This document shows positions 1 to 13,575 of a stretch of DNA of 64,000 nucleotides, piece by piece; the first letter of the stretch is position 1; each line of letters starts with the position of its first letter. The notes under the pieces are model-generated. The model ran no database searches and was not told where the DNA came from. It was given only the letters and a program-made list of their open reading frames with translations. Source of the DNA: Camelus ferus (taxonomy: Eukaryota); NCBI RefSeq assembly GCF_009834535.1, contig NC_045698.1, positions 2,234,001 through 2,298,000 on the forward strand, written 5' to 3'. The position numbers were made by a program, and so were the translations under genes.

Positions 1-238
1 TGTTAATCCCCATCCCCTAAATTATCCTCCCCACCCTTTTCCCCTTTGGTAACCATGGTTTCTTTTCTATGTCCAGGAGTCTATATCTGGTTTGCAATAG
101 AATTTCTATCCTTTTTTTTTTAGATTCCACATACACGTGATCTCATATGATACTTGTCTCTGTCTGACTTGCTCACTGCGTGTGATCATCTCTAGGTCCG
201 TCCATGTTGCTGCCAGTGGCTGCATGTTGCTCTTTTGA
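1..238 (-). mobile_element. LINE-1 3' end fragment
   Basis: ttagattccacata...gatcatctctaggtccgtccatgttgctg is the antisense L1 ORF2-end/3' UTR pattern. Confidence 0.85.
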
Positions 239-474
239 GGGAGTTCACGGCTGCTAAACCCCACATTCCCAGTGGTCACTTATTTTGGCCTCCTGTGTGC
301 CAAGCACTGCACGGACCACAGAGTTGAAGGGCATTATGCCCCCTGTATCCACGATGAAGCAAGATCTAGAGAGGCAGACATTTCACTTCCTTCCATCTGA
401 GTGTGTAATCGTTGGTCACCAGCACAAATCACATCAGGATTCTAAGTGATGCAAAACTGAGGCTCAAGACTTAC

Positions 475-591
475 CTCGAAGTCCCCACAAGACCTCCAGG
501 AAAACTGTCTGAGGTTTTGACTGTTTACTCACCACAGGGCAGCGCTGGGTTGAAGACACCTAGGCGTAAAGCCCCAAGAGCTGCAATCTAC
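475..591 (-). pseudogene. Pseudo-exon RLQLLGLYA*VSSTQRCPVVSKQSKPQTVFLEVLWGLR
   Basis: Acceptor gcagccttcag|GT, consensus donor GAG|gtaagt, 117 nt, one stop. Confidence 0.5.
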
Positions 592-930
592 CTGAAGGCT
601 GCATGTTCTAAACAGACAGATTTATACCCATCTGTGTGTAAACGCATTATAACTACATGCACAAGTTATACATAAACTTCTAAGGATGTAAACACTGATA
701 ACTGTCAACAAATTAAAACCAATTTAAATCTCTTAAACAAAGCATCCTTAAGATATCGAAGGGCATAAGAATTACTCTGTGGACTCGCATTCAGTCCAGA
801 TTCAGAACTTCTGGGTCCTAGCCCTGGAGATCGCACGCACCAGCCCTGGGGCAGGGCCCAGGCGTCAGAGCCTTGTTCATTATGTGAATCTGCTCCCAGC
901 TACCCCGCCAACCACTTTGATAAACAGGAC

Positions 931-1142
931 TCTGTGATGCAGGCTCGTGTTTTTCTTTGCCAAAAATTTTGCTCTAGAATCAGCTTTAAAAAATTAACAG
1001 ACTGGATCAAGAAATTCCAAAATGACTGTGTTTCCCCTAAATGTTCCGAGATTCCCAATCTCAAGACGGAAGCCAATTTGTAACTGCTAGTATAAGAATC
1101 TGAAGGAGGCACCGTCTCGCAGCGTGTCCTGGAACCTGCCAG
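931..1142 (-). pseudogene. Exon remnant ETVPPSDSYTSSYKLASVLRLGISEHL...FLIQSVNFLKLILEQNF
   Basis: Acceptor cccacctgcag; open frame (track ORF 900..1226); boundaries approximate. Confidence 0.4.
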
Positions 1143-1415
1143 CTGCAGGTGGGGACCGCTCGGGGTTCCAGGGCAGCTGCACTGTGCACTGAGCACCGGT
1201 TCCCAGCCTAAGGCTTGAATTAGCACTGCACTGTCTTGGAGCAGAGAGCCATGCCCGTTCTCCGTGAGGGACGTGCTGGTAGCCGAGTCGGAGGGAAGCA
1301 GACCCCGCCCAGCCCCGCTCAGAGGGCTGTGTGGTCAGGGACCTTTCATCTTGCTTCTCTGTTCAGGCAAGCTGGGCATTCTGTGGTCATCTGTGAGACA
1401 CACACTAAAATGGAC

Positions 1416-1676
1416 TTAGGAAAGATCAGTGGCGTGCAGGTCCTGGGAAGCCGCCAGACCGCCCTTCACCGCGTCCGTCCTGCTCACCCGCTCCAACTCC
1501 ATCTTCCTGCAGAGCCCGCCCATCAAGAGGTACACTTCCCTCAGCCGGACGCAAGCTAAGTTGTTCCCCTTTCTCTGGGGAAAGCGCGAGGTCTGCCTTG
1601 CTTTGACACGACTGGCGGAGGCCACTGCTGTGGTGTGTCCCATGAGGACAGCTTGCCGCCAGGTGTTTTGTGTTCC
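1416..1676 (-). pseudogene. Exon remnant ...LACVRLREVYLLMGGLCRKMELERVSRTDAVKGGLAASQDLHATDLS
   Basis: Acceptor ctttcctgcctgggtgcag|GGA; ends at TTTCC|taagtc, which looks like a gtaagt donor missing its G. Confidence 0.5.
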
Positions 1677-2549
1677 CTGCACCCAGGCAGGAAAGCAGCG
1701 CACCCTAGTTGTGAATGCCTAAGCTCAGGACTTGCGGGCTCCTTGCTGCGGGGAGTGAGCACAGAGCGAGGGTCCAGCGCCGGGCACTGACCCCGCCCCA
1801 TCCGCTTCCCCTCGGAGGGGGTCACGGTCAGCGGCGCGGGACAGACGCTCTTACGGCAGAAGCCGAAAGATTTAGACTTTACATCCGGTAAATACTTAAT
1901 GAATGAACAAATAAACATTTTTAAGCTACATAAATATCACGCCACGACCTCTTCATTATTTCATACCAGTGATTCAAGATGAAGTATTTGACATTTGTCC
2001 AAATAATTTCAAAGCACTGCCTTTTTTAAAAAATAAAACATGGAAGTGTTTATGCTGATTCTGAAGATGAACATCAATCTATTTCTCAGCACTCCAGGAG
2101 AAAGAACATGAAATGACCACAGCTGGGTCACTCACAAATGTGGGCGATACTTAATTTTCTTCGAGCTTTCACTAAATATTCAGTAAATAAAAGCTTACTC
2201 TATGTTTTTTTTTTTTTAATGAAATAAGAGTCACAGGAAATCTTACCAAACAAGAACTTGTTGCTTGAACTTGAGTCCAGCTCCTAATAGCCGTTCACAC
2301 AATCCCAAAATGTTTTCCCACCCACCTCCCTCTCTGGGGACGGGAAGAGGGGGAGACGGCCCTTTATGGTGGAGAGGGTGCCAGGAGGGGAGGTCTCGTG
2401 GCAACGCCAGGATAGCCGGTCTACCGCAAGGCCGACAAAGCGCCACGCAGACAGCCCTTCAGTGCTGCGCTCGGCACACTGATATGTTTGCTAAACTGAT
2501 CAATAAGAAGATTGATAAGTCCTCCACTTGGTCAAGTTAATCTTCTTAT

Positions 2550-2805
2550 TGATCAGCCCAGCCAACGCACTGCTTTTCCTGGGCAGCCTTCCTCCACAGC
2601 TCCTCCCCCCACCTGGCCGCCCTGGTTGTCTGGTGCCATCAGGAAGAGAAATAGGGCGACATTTTCTACATTAAACGCTTCCATTACATCAGGACCATCT
2701 TTGCCAGCAACAAATATCTCCTCGAGCAGAGGATTTATAACTGGTAGGCGCCTGACTGATCTTTCTGTGGGTGTTAGACGGTTGATAATGATCTGGGCTC
2801 TTCCT
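2550..2805 (-). pseudogene. Exon remnant RAQIIINRLTPTERSVRRLPVINPLLEEIFVAGKDGPDVMEAFNVENVALFLFLMAPDNQGGQV
   Basis: About 80-codon open stretch with protein-like composition, absent from the ORF track; boundaries uncertain. Confidence 0.5.
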
Positions 2806-4529
2806 CACTTGCAGAGTTTAAATTAATAAGAGTCACAAAGGGAAGGTGGCAAGTGCCTCTCCAATTATAGTGACCGGAGCAAAGACCTTAACAAGTAAGA
2901 CTACAAACAAAGCTAAAATGAGGTGTACACCCAATCTACTCTTGTCCCTTCTTTATCTTATTAAAGAAGGATTGAAGGTAGTGCATATGGATAGCGATCT
3001 TCTCGGATGGAAGGAACCAGCCCCGGGTGGAGAGGGGAAGAAAGCTTATCCCAGGAGCACAATCCGAGTCAGGGACCAGCTTTCCCTCCAGCACGCACAC
3101 TCCCGCCAGGCAACATGGGACAAGTCACTCGCCTCACATAATATTGGCAAGTCCCTTGGTGACCCAGGGCAATCACAGGGACCCGGGCCCCCTGGATATT
3201 TTGAGAACAAGTGACAGCAGGCTTCCAAAAGTCTCCACGGACAAGAAAAGCTGATGCTGGAAACAGAGGACACTGCTGTCAGGTGAAGAAGGGCATTCGG
3301 TGCCCAGGTATGTCAGAGCTCGGACACAGCGGGTCACCTGCGGGCCCCCTGCTGGCCCCCTGCTGGCCCCAGGCATGATAGGTGTGGGCAGCCAGTGGTT
3401 CTGAGGTCTCTGAGGAATCTCCAGGAAGTGATCAGGATACAGCCTTTGTGGAGGAGTCTTAAAGGCTTTGAAAAGCGTGTGGAATGTGTTGTTTCCACGC
3501 ACGGCCAGGGAGCAGCCAGAGAGGCATGAGACTGGCCGCCAGCCACGGCCCAGCCGGAGGAGGGAGACCAATGACATGTGTGAGTCAACAGCCCCCTGGA
3601 GGGGAAAGCAGGACTTCTGGGAAGTGGACCACATACTGAGGAAAACGATTGTGATCCCATGTAAAGAAGGCTGTTCTTTAGAAGGGAATCGGGGTCTGCT
3701 CCACAGGGGAGATCACAGAAGGCGCCGTCCAGAGCATCGGCTGCTCAGACAAGGCGAGGCTGAGCCGTCAGGCTGGGAGGGGGTCCAGAGCTGATGGAGA
3801 AGGGAGTGCACGTTCCTGGTAAGTGACCTTCAACAGTTGCTTCTGGGGCAGCAGGTGCACACGTACCCCTTCCTGGGCGTGCGCACCTGCCTCCGGTCCA
3901 GGACATACTAGTGGGATAGCTGGGAAAGGAGCCCCATCACCACCGCCAGGGTTTGCCCCTCGGAGTGAACGCCTGGGACACCAGGAGGGCGGGCCAGCTC
4001 CCACCCCGCTCTGGGCGAGCCCCCTGCAGGGCAGGGCGCCGGCTCAGCACGGAATTCCACGGACCTAAACCCTTCGGGAAAATGCTCAGTCAGCAAATGA
4101 GAGTTCCTTTGACCTTACCTCCTCCACGAAGCTCTCCTGACCCCTCCACCCCCGACTCCCCTTCAGTCGGGTAAGCTCCCTCCCGTCGCACCCCCACCCC
4201 CAGCAGGCCGGCTTTGTCTCCCGTGGCCCCCGAGAGGCAGGCGCCCCGAGCTACAGGCCAAGGCTGCTTAGCAGGCCCGGAGCATCTTGACAACAGGCGC
4301 TGTGTCCCTCCAATCTTTGCACCCCTTTAACTTTTCACAGGACACAGACTTTTGCTGAATGATACTCAAATATAGAAAAGCCAGGTTCAGCTCAAAAAGG
4401 TCTCCCTTTTTCACAACCCCTGGGTGGCCATCTTGAGTTCAGCTTTCTCGATTTGCTTTTCGGGGGTTGAATACTGACATCAGACGCTGACGGCTGCTGT
4501 GGCCCAGCCGCCTTCCCTGTTTGCGCCAG

Positions 4530-4620
4530 CACACGTTCCTGACTTGGTCATGATGACACACCTGGTGAGGAAGGCCACCATCCCCTGATGCCAACAGGGA
4601 CAAATGCACCCGAGTGTGGT
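4530..4620 (-). pseudogene. Possible exon remnant HTRVHLSLLASGDGGLPHQV
   Basis: Translation and position in the chain only; splice sites degenerate. Confidence 0.3.
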
Positions 4621-5444
4621 CTTGCTCAGGGCTCGGGACACTGCAGGAGCTCGGGTCCTGCACCGCGACCCATGTGCGGAACTGAGGGGAACCCAGACAA
4701 GTCCCTTGGGACTGCAGCTCCAGGTCAGAGTCACAGCGTGGGGAACAAAACCAGCACCTCCCTAACAGGAAGGTCCCAGAACAGCTCAGCTGTGGCGCAG
4801 GCCCCATCTCCGGCGGGTGGGACTCCACCCTGGGGCTTAAACCCAAACAGGGAGTCCGGGTGCGAGAGCCTTGCTCCGCCCTGACCGCGAAATTAGCATT
4901 CCAAAGTGGGAGGAGCGAACCCGGGGCATTTGATTAAGCTGAGATGTTCACTCTGGGTTGTTCTTTCTAAGCCATGAACAGGCACACATTTCTTTAAGCA
5001 GGAAAAAGGCTTCGCGCTATCAGTTAGGTTGGAGGCCAAAAGCAGAAGCTTAGGGACAGAGCCGCTGGGACCGCCACTTGCAGATGGAAGGCCTGGGCTG
5101 CTCCGGGGCCTCGCCGCAGACTGAGCTCCGCCAGCTTCGAAGTCCAGGTAACTTCATTCCACGTTGCTCAGCCCGGATGCGCAATGATCTCTTTCTCACC
5201 GCGGGATCTGAGCAAGGACGGCTCTGAGAACAAGCTCCTTCCTCCCGTATCAGATGAAAGGAAAGGCAGACTCAAGGAGCAGGAGACGGAAGGCACTGCG
5301 AGCGCCCCCGTGGGATCGGCGATGCCCCGCGACATCCGCGGCCAGGCTGCCGCGAGGGGCCGCAGACCGGCCGGAGTCAGCCGAGCGCCCTCCTGCGCCC
5401 GCGGCCACGGACGCCTGGGGAGGCGCCTGCTTCCGGGCGACGGG

Positions 5445-5577
5445 GCGAGCAGAGCGAGTTGTTTAAAACCAGTTCTGGCCGTAGATCCCTGATTTCTTTG
5501 CAACTATCTTTGGGTGACAGGTGGGTACCTATATCCCTTTTATTTCTGCAAGTTAAGTGAGGTTTCTGCACTTTTCG
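5445..5577 (-). pseudogene. Frameshifted pseudo-exon (SAETSLNLQK / LAEIKGI*VPTCHPKIVAK / EIRDLRPELVLNNSL)
   Basis: Strong acceptor cagttttcttttcag|CG; protein-like pieces across frames. Confidence 0.5.
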
Positions 5578-6029
5578 CTGAAAAGAAAACTGCCCTCCTC
5601 TCGGCACCCAGGGAAATCTTTCTGCACAACATTTACAACCGGGAGCTGGAGGGTTAGTCCTTTTTACTTGTCTTTTGTGAAGTATCAGTACTTTCTTCTG
5701 AATCTGAGATATCCCTGGTGGACCAAAAGTGAAAAAGAAATTAAAAAGGAAGGGAGAAAAAGAACCCTCTCTCTACTGTCAGGGGAAACAGAATTCTAAA
5801 TCTTTCCAGGGCAAATGTTGGGTGTGATCCTTTCCTTTGAATCTGCCGTTATGCAGACACAGACCAAAAGCACTTAAAAGGAATGTTTTGCATCCGAATA
5901 ATGTGATGTATTTAATGTATTCTGACAGTCGTCAACACGCCGGGCTCCGTATCTCTTTCATTTCTGTGTGTTCTTCTTTCCGTGTGTCGCCATTGGACAC
6001 TTGTCCTTAATTAGCACCTACACTTAGAT

Positions 6030-6225
6030 CGGTGGGTCTCCAGCAGGGATGGCTTTGCCACCCCAAGGGGACATGTGGCAATGTCTGGAGGCACTGAGTT
6101 TGTCCCACTGGAGAGAAGGAGAAAGAGACCAGGGATGCTGCTAAACATCCCACAATGCACAGGGCAGTCCCCCCCAAACAATGGGTAAGCTCCCGCCCCA
6201 AATGCCAGTGGTGCCAAAGAGGAGC
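6030..6225. mobile_element. MER20-like hAT DNA transposon remnant
   Basis: ggggacatgtggcaatgtctggag...gggatgctgctaaacatcccacaatgcacagggcagtcccc. Confidence 0.75.
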
Positions 6226-7104
6226 AGCCCCGCCTTCAGTCACCATGGCCCGGGCCAGAGAGCTTCCCAAAACATTCCATGTGATACGATTTATGGTGTC
6301 CAGGTTCATGCTTGTAACTTTGAATTATGTGATCACTGCTCTGCTTGTGTCTGCATAGCACATACTGTATTTACTAATTTGTTCATCCAAATGACAGCTT
6401 CCCAGTGGCCACTCTTTGTGAGCAGGGCTCCTGAGAGCCACCCATAGATGGGCAAGACAAGGACATACAACCACCACTAAGCTAATAGATGCTCTATTGG
6501 ACAATCCTGGGAGAGGGGACCACAGTAGTAGCCTGAAGAATTTCCACAGGAAGTTCTACATTAAAAGTAGGTAGGGACAGGGTGACTAAACTTGGAAACC
6601 AAGGGCTGCAAACTCTGGCACACAGGTAGACATGACAGAAGGCTATTACCAAATCCTTCTCCAGAACAAAGACAACGGGAAACGGAGTTGGGCAAGGCTG
6701 CTGCTGAGAAGGACAAAAGAAGAGGCATTGCATCATGAATGGTCCAAACATAAAAAGATTGGTTAGAAAAAAATTATGAAATGATACTAAAAAACGGAAA
6801 ACATGCCCAAGAGGAGTTTGAATTCTTGGTAAGGTTAATGCTCTATGAAAAAAAAAAAAGCATAACTTAATTATATTTTGCTTTCTAGTCTAGAGCAAGT
6901 GTTACAAAAAAACAGACTTCAGCTCATGTGATCTAAATATGTAAAGCACCCCCACAAAAAAAGAGGTAAATCAGAGACTAACAGAGGAATCTATGATCTA
7001 CATGATTATGTAGCTGGATCTATTCTATTACAGAGAAATGAGATGAACACAAGGCTGGCAAGTTCATACACGACATAAGCAAGCAAATTCCATTCCTTAC
7101 TCAC

Positions 7105-7239
7105 CACACAGAGTTTCCCAAGCACTGTGACCATCACGTACTTGAGGTGCAAGTTCATAGCGGTTAACACCTGACGGTTCACTTCCTGTTTCTTCTCCAT
7201 ATCAATAACAAAGACAAAATTGAAAAGATGAGAAAACAC
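7105..7239 (-). pseudogene. Open exon VFSHLFNFVFVIDMEKKQEVNRQVLTAMNLHLKYVMVTVLGKLCV
   Basis: Acceptor ctgattaacag|GTG, canonical donor GTG|gtgagt, 135 nt, phase 0->0. Confidence 0.65.
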
Positions 7240-10200
7240 CTGTTAATCAGTGCCTTTTGTCATCCTGTCATGGGAGCCGTACACTGTGATGTTCTTTATC
7301 TTTGTTCTGCTGCTTTCCTAAGAAAGACCACTCAGGACTCTCCAGACGAAGCTCGAAGAGGTTTGGAAGGATTCTGCTTCTGACACGTGGTGATTGAGTC
7401 TCTTGTGCGTGTTCTCAGCACTGAAAAGGAAAAACATGAATATTGGCTGTGTTTTCAGAGTGAAAAGAGCAAATGTAAGTCTGTATGATGGCTGAGTCAT
7501 GCGGTGGGAGGCGTCCTGGGACAGTGCGGAGACGCTCTTTGAGAAGGGATGATATGGTGGGACCAGTGGTGAGAACTGATGTGGGCAGTGACGGGAGAAC
7601 AGGTGTTCCAGCCTGGCGTGGAGAAAACATGCAAAATATTGAAGGGAAAAGAGCTCATAAATGCTGGTCTTGCATGATTGAAGCACTGGGTACTTGGGCA
7701 CAAATAATAAGGAGGTGTGTTTGCAGTCATCTGGGGTCTTAAAATGAAATACTTTGCACCCTAAGCTAAAAAGGGCACCACCTGTTCCGTCACAGTTCAG
7801 GCGGGAAGCGTGCATCCTCCCCTGCCCCCAGCGCTGTGGACCTGTTGAGTCGGGAGCCTCCCTCTGAGTTCCAGCACGACCTTCTGCTTACTTGAACTCG
7901 ACCGTGGTCCTTGTGTCTGTCCTCGCTAAAGTACGAGATTGTTGCGACCGGGAACATTGCCTCAGTCCTTTTGGCTTCCCCAGAAGCAAGGCTTGGGGAA
8001 TGAGTTAAGGCTCCTTTCATTTAACAAGGTCCCTTTGCCTACTGCTCACCCCTAGTTCCCTCCACACATCCAGGTGTCCACAGGCAAAGAGCTTCATGGG
8101 CTCATGACATAGCTAGTATTTCTGCCACATCCATAGCAACTCAAGTAATTGCCTCATGAAGCCATGGACTATTTCGACCCACAGAAACATTTATCCAAAC
8201 AGAATATAAGTGGACACCCAATACACGGAACAAAAATGCGGCCGCTTTGGTCATCAGGTGGGAGGAGGCTCTCAAATTCTCAGACATCCTCTGGGCCACC
8301 TCCGAGGAAACTCAGGGCTCCGCAAACCACGGATTAAACCCCCCTCATTGAGACTATCTTACCTTACAAGTGAGAAAACAGGGCTCGCTCTATGTCTACA
8401 AAGTCCTCTACACGTCCAAGTCTCTGAGCAATTCTCTGGCCAGACCGAGGCAAACGTGCATCTTCTAAACACATACGAAAAAATTCTTCAGTTAGTTTCG
8501 TCCATAGACAATTGATGGGATGGGAAAGGATGTGACTCCTAGAACTTTTCATCTGTTAGCGACTTGGCTGCCGCACAGCGCGTGTGGTGTCAGGCTGACT
8601 GGCACCAAGTAATAAACAGCATCACGGAAATAACGCAACCGTAATAGGTGAGATTGGAGTCACACCAAGAGGCTTAGAAAAGGAAGACTTTGGTAATTAC
8701 AACCCTATCTATAAATAAAATGGACAAAGTAGAGAAGCAATTTCTAATTTATGATGGTGTTATGATTTATACATAAAGTCCTGAGCAATAAATCCAAGGA
8801 AATTATATAAACTATGAAGTCTTGCTCATAATACAGTGTTAGTTTTACATTAAAATGTTGTATAAAAATAAACTGTGTAACTTTCCAGGGGGAGAAAAGG
8901 AAACAATAGCTAAAGCGTGGCAGGGGTCTTTGTGAGTTCTACACACCTCACGAGGTATTGAGAACTCCTGCTTGTGCAAATGAAGCATGATTACAACAGC
9001 ATCCTTTTAACCATTCCAGTTAAATAAAATTGGAATTATGACTTGTGCCCCAGAGGAGCCAAACGCAAACACCTTGGTCAATGTCAAGGGCCGGCGGGCT
9101 TCCCAGGTCGCCCCTAGGGTACAGGGCTGGAGCTTAGAAGGTGATGAGGGGCCTTGAGCTCCTGCTGGTAAATTTATTCCAGGAACACACTGGAGTGCTT
9201 GGGTGGTTAGGATCATACCAGATAGGAGTCAGCAAGGTCACAACCAACCCGACAAGAGTACCCACTAGGGATGAAGTGATAAGAGCTATTACAGGGTGAG
9301 AAGAGACAGGGCTTGGCTCGTACCTGCCATGATCTAAAAAATGGAATTTAGACGGCATACTATGGCCCAAATAAAGATGGCCAGTGTCCCAAGCCTCCTC
9401 GGAACCACAAATCCATTTGTGAACCTCCAGGTAGGACCATATTGCCTTACTCAAGACTGTGGTTCAAAATGTGACGTATGCGGGCAGCTCTCAGCCTGCA
9501 GACCTCTCCTTTCCCCGCGTCCAGCTGTGTCTGCCTGTCGACCAAGCACCTCTCACTGGGTCTCCTCCATCTCTAACATGGCACCTCCAACACAGCAGCC
9601 CTCCCCTCACTTCACCGAGAGAAGCCGTGTTCCTGAACTCCTATTTCTCCCAACGCTTCATCATCCTCCCCATCACACACATCATTCTCATTGCCTCTTC
9701 TCACTGGTGAAATCTCATCTCTCAAACCAATTAACTTGTCAAGTTTTTCAAAACATCTGTGCCACAAGCTGAAGTTCAGGTGCTTCTCACCTGGAAGCCT
9801 GAGTGCCTGCTCGCTGATCCCACCAATTGCACTGTCTCCCACCAAAATCCATCTAAAGCACATCCCGTCGGGCCATGACTTACATGCAATTAACAAGTGC
9901 AAACTCTGCAAAGTTCCCTGGGAGCTGAAAGTGAGCTGTCTGCTTACTGCAGATAGGAACTTTTTAGACACTGTGGTTCTACTACTAAACCACTACTTCA
10001 TGTTGTGCTCAATTACAGAAATCTGTCACAGCACTGGCCACGCTGGACATTCTAAGAGCATTTCTGTATGTTGCACTTCACTGGAGAATAAAAAGCTCTT
10101 CAAAGGATGATTTTGATAGTGCACAGTTTTATCTGACACACTGAATTTAGAACCTGCGTTACCCTTGTAAATGGAGACTGCACTGTGATCTTAGTAAGCA

Positions 10201-10794
10201 CACACCTGAATGTGGTTTTCTGCCTCAGAGCATCCAAACCTGCCAACAGAGAACTACTCGCTCCTCTCTTTGGCCACCGAGACCTTTTCCGGAAGGACAA
10301 CACCTGCCTCTTCGAAGCATTCATTGCCCTCTCCTCCTCTTCTGAACCTTTGATCACATGATTCTGTGACTTTGCTCTCTCGGCACCCCCTGTCCAGAAC
10401 GCACTCTCCCCTAGTCAGTCCTTACACGTTTAACTCATCGGTCTCACATCTCCCATAACCGCCAAGCCTGTTTTCCCTCTTCTTTTATTGGAACACTTGT
10501 AGGAGTCGGAATTTCTCCCAAGCGTCTTGGCTCTGCTTCTGTTAGGAGCATTTCTGTTCAACATTCACACCTTCGTGAGCTAAAACCAGCCTAGGAAGGG
10601 AATGGCAAGGTGAATGGATGCTGGGGTGGGGGGTGGGGGAAGGACAGACTGAGCAGGTGTTAACCACAGAAGCTGGGATGAGGGCAGTTGGAGGAAGCAC
10701 TGAGGGAAGACACCCGGGAAGGGGGACCAGTCATGGAATCTAAAAGAAGCACAAGACACAGAAACAGGGACTGGCCAATAAGGTCCAGTGCTGG

Positions 10795-10907
10795 CTGAGC
10801 CAGAAGTGGGGGAGAGAGCCAGGAGGAAGGAAGAAGAGGGGGCAGAAGAAGGTCTTCTGAGACCATTTCTTAGGGCCAGACACAAGGTTTCTTATTTGCT
10901 TCTGACA
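10795..10907 (-). pseudogene. Pseudo-exon SEANKKPCVWP*EMVSEDLLLPPLLPSSWLSPPLLAQ
   Basis: Acceptor ccattcatgttttgcag|TG; one stop; donor not preserved. Confidence 0.4.
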
Positions 10908-13423
10908 CTGCAAAACATGAATGGATTCCCCTGCTTTACAGGCACAATCAAAGTGGGAAAGTCTTCTTTTTTTTCTTACTATTTCAATAGACTGTAAGCT
11001 TCCCAAGGGTGGAAACTTGAATTATCCAGGGGTATAAATGGATACCTCACTAACACTGCTATTTTATGAGAATTAAGAGCTAAACTCCACTTTGTTGAAT
11101 AAATGTCACATCTGGTGAGGACACAGCTGTGTATTGTGTACCTTTCTTTTTCCTACTGACTTGGGCCAATAAGAATTACCTGATTTTTCTGGGTGGATTG
11201 TAGTAGGTCATAAAAGCTAATATTTCTTTATAACAATCAGATATAATACAATAAATGTGAAAATCATATTCTGAAGATACTGGAGAGCTTTGAACACACT
11301 AGGAATAAGATGCTCTACATTCCCAGAGAGTGAAGGAGCTGCCCTGGTGACTTGATACACACTGTTTTCCCTTCCAGGAGCAACCCAGCCTGGGCCATGC
11401 AGAGGACTATGCTGGGGTAAAGAGAAACCTGTAGTGATTTGGTATCCACTGGAACAGAGTAGGTGGAACAATTTTTGGAGTTTACACAAGGCTGGGACCC
11501 TCATAATGAGCAGGATATTGGATGGATTGCTCAGGGATTATCACCTTAGTAATGGTGCTGACTTAACATGGGAGCAACAGCTTCTCTGGACATAACTTAA
11601 CCGAGCCTCAAAAATAAGACAAAACAAAACAAAACAACCCGATAACAAGCCTCAGCAAGATCCAACTGATTCCATACTAAACTGAGTATCAGAATCAAAC
11701 TCAACACTATTTAAGGGAATACAACAAAATCCAGCAATCCAAAAATAAAAAATAAAAAAAAGATGCACAATATCTGACACTCTAAAAACAATTACCAGAC
11801 ATACAAAGAAGCAGGAAGATGTGACTACTAGTTAGGAGACTAATTTATCAATTAAGCAAACTTGGAAATGGCACATGTGATGGAACAAGAAGACAAAGGT
11901 GTTGGAAACAGCTATAAAAATATAATCACATAAGTAAAGGAAAACATAAACATGATAGAGCAATAGAATGTCTCTAAAAGACACGTGGAAGTGTTGTAGA
12001 CAGAAAAACTTCAGAATGAAAAATACAGGCTGGGTTGAAATACTAGCATAACAGACAATGAAGAAGAAAAGACCATAAACTAGAAGACACAGAAACTAAA
12101 ATATGAAGCAAAGAGACTAGAAAGACTGAAATAAAATGGACGTAGCAAAGGTAATCTGTGGGATGACAATATGAAGCATATATATATAGTCTCAGAAATA
12201 AGAAATAAGAAAAAATAAAGAAAAATACTTGAAAATAGAGTGGCCAAATTGTTCTACATTTGATGAGAATCAAAATTCCACTGATCCAGTAATATTTATG
12301 AATCCTAAGAAAAATCAACCTAAGGAAAACCATGCCACAGAATATCATAATCAAAACCCTGGAATAGGAAATAAATCTCAAAAGCAACCAGAGGAGGGGA
12401 AAAAACACATTTCATTAAGAGGTAAAAACATAAGGAAAACTGCAGATTTTCCTACAGGAAAAAAAAAAAAAAAAAGAAATCTGTGTGCCAGAGACAGTGA
12501 ACATATATTTGGGACTTAAAAGAAAAAAATAAAAATCTGCCAACTGAAAATTCTTCAGCCAGCTTAAACAGCTTTAATAAATAAAAGTGTAACAAAGATT
12601 AATTAAATAAGCAGAAGCTGGAAGAATTTATAAACAGCAGATATCCACAATAAAAAGTATTAAAATAATTTATCCAGGCAGAAGGAAAATGATTCCACAC
12701 AGAAATGTGAATCTATGTAAAGTAATAAAGAGCACCAGAAAATTATTTAGATAAATATGCATAGATAGCATATAGATGCATACATATGGCAGTCATTATT
12801 ACATTTTAGTAAATATTAAAGATAATTAATAGTGCATGCCAGAAAAAAGTGTATTGTGATTATACAGAATATGTGGAATTAAAATTGGTGACAAAAACAG
12901 CGCAAGAGACGGAGACTGTAAGTATTCAAGTTTCAGTCAACTTGAACTAGTTGATATTTATAGGATACTTCACCAAGAAACAGCATAATATATATTTTTT
13001 CAAGTGTTATTTTACATTCACCAAGATATATCATATTCTTAGGGAAAAACAACCAAAAAACTTTTAAATTTAAGAAGACTGAAATGAAGTAAAGTATGTC
13101 CTCTGACCACAATGCAATTAAACTAAAAATAAATAACAAAAGACATTTGAAAAAGAAATCCACAAATATTTGAAAATTAAATAATGCAACAATATAAAAT
13201 GGGTCAAAGAAAACATCTAAAGAGAAATTAGAAAATATTTAAAACAAAAAAAATGAAAAAGCAAGATATCAAATTTGTGGAACACAGCTATAGCAACAAA
13301 TAGAGATAATTTTATAGCATTAAATGCTTATACCACAAAAATAAAAATTGTCTAAAACTGATGACCTCAGTTTCCACCATAAATATCTTGAAAAAAAGAA
13401 AAAGAGCAAATAAAACCCAAAGT

Positions 13424-13575
13424 TGTATAGCACGGGAACTATATTCAATACCTTGTAATAACCTTTAATGAAAAAGAATATGAAAATGAATACGTGTTTG
13501 TATATGCATGAGTAGGGCATTGTGCTATATTACAAATTGATACATTGTAACTGACTATGCTTCAATTAAAAAAAA
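13424..13575 (+). mobile_element. Young 5'-truncated L1 tail inserted into the older L1 ORF2
   Basis: tgtatagcacgggaactatattcaata...ttcaattaaaa, flanked by TSD caaagt (13418-13423, 13576-13581). Confidence 0.85.

Noticed and set aside
5184..5492. 102-aa plus-strand ORF in a CpG-rich patch
   Set aside because: No homology recognised, and overlapping ORFs on both strands reflect GC richness.
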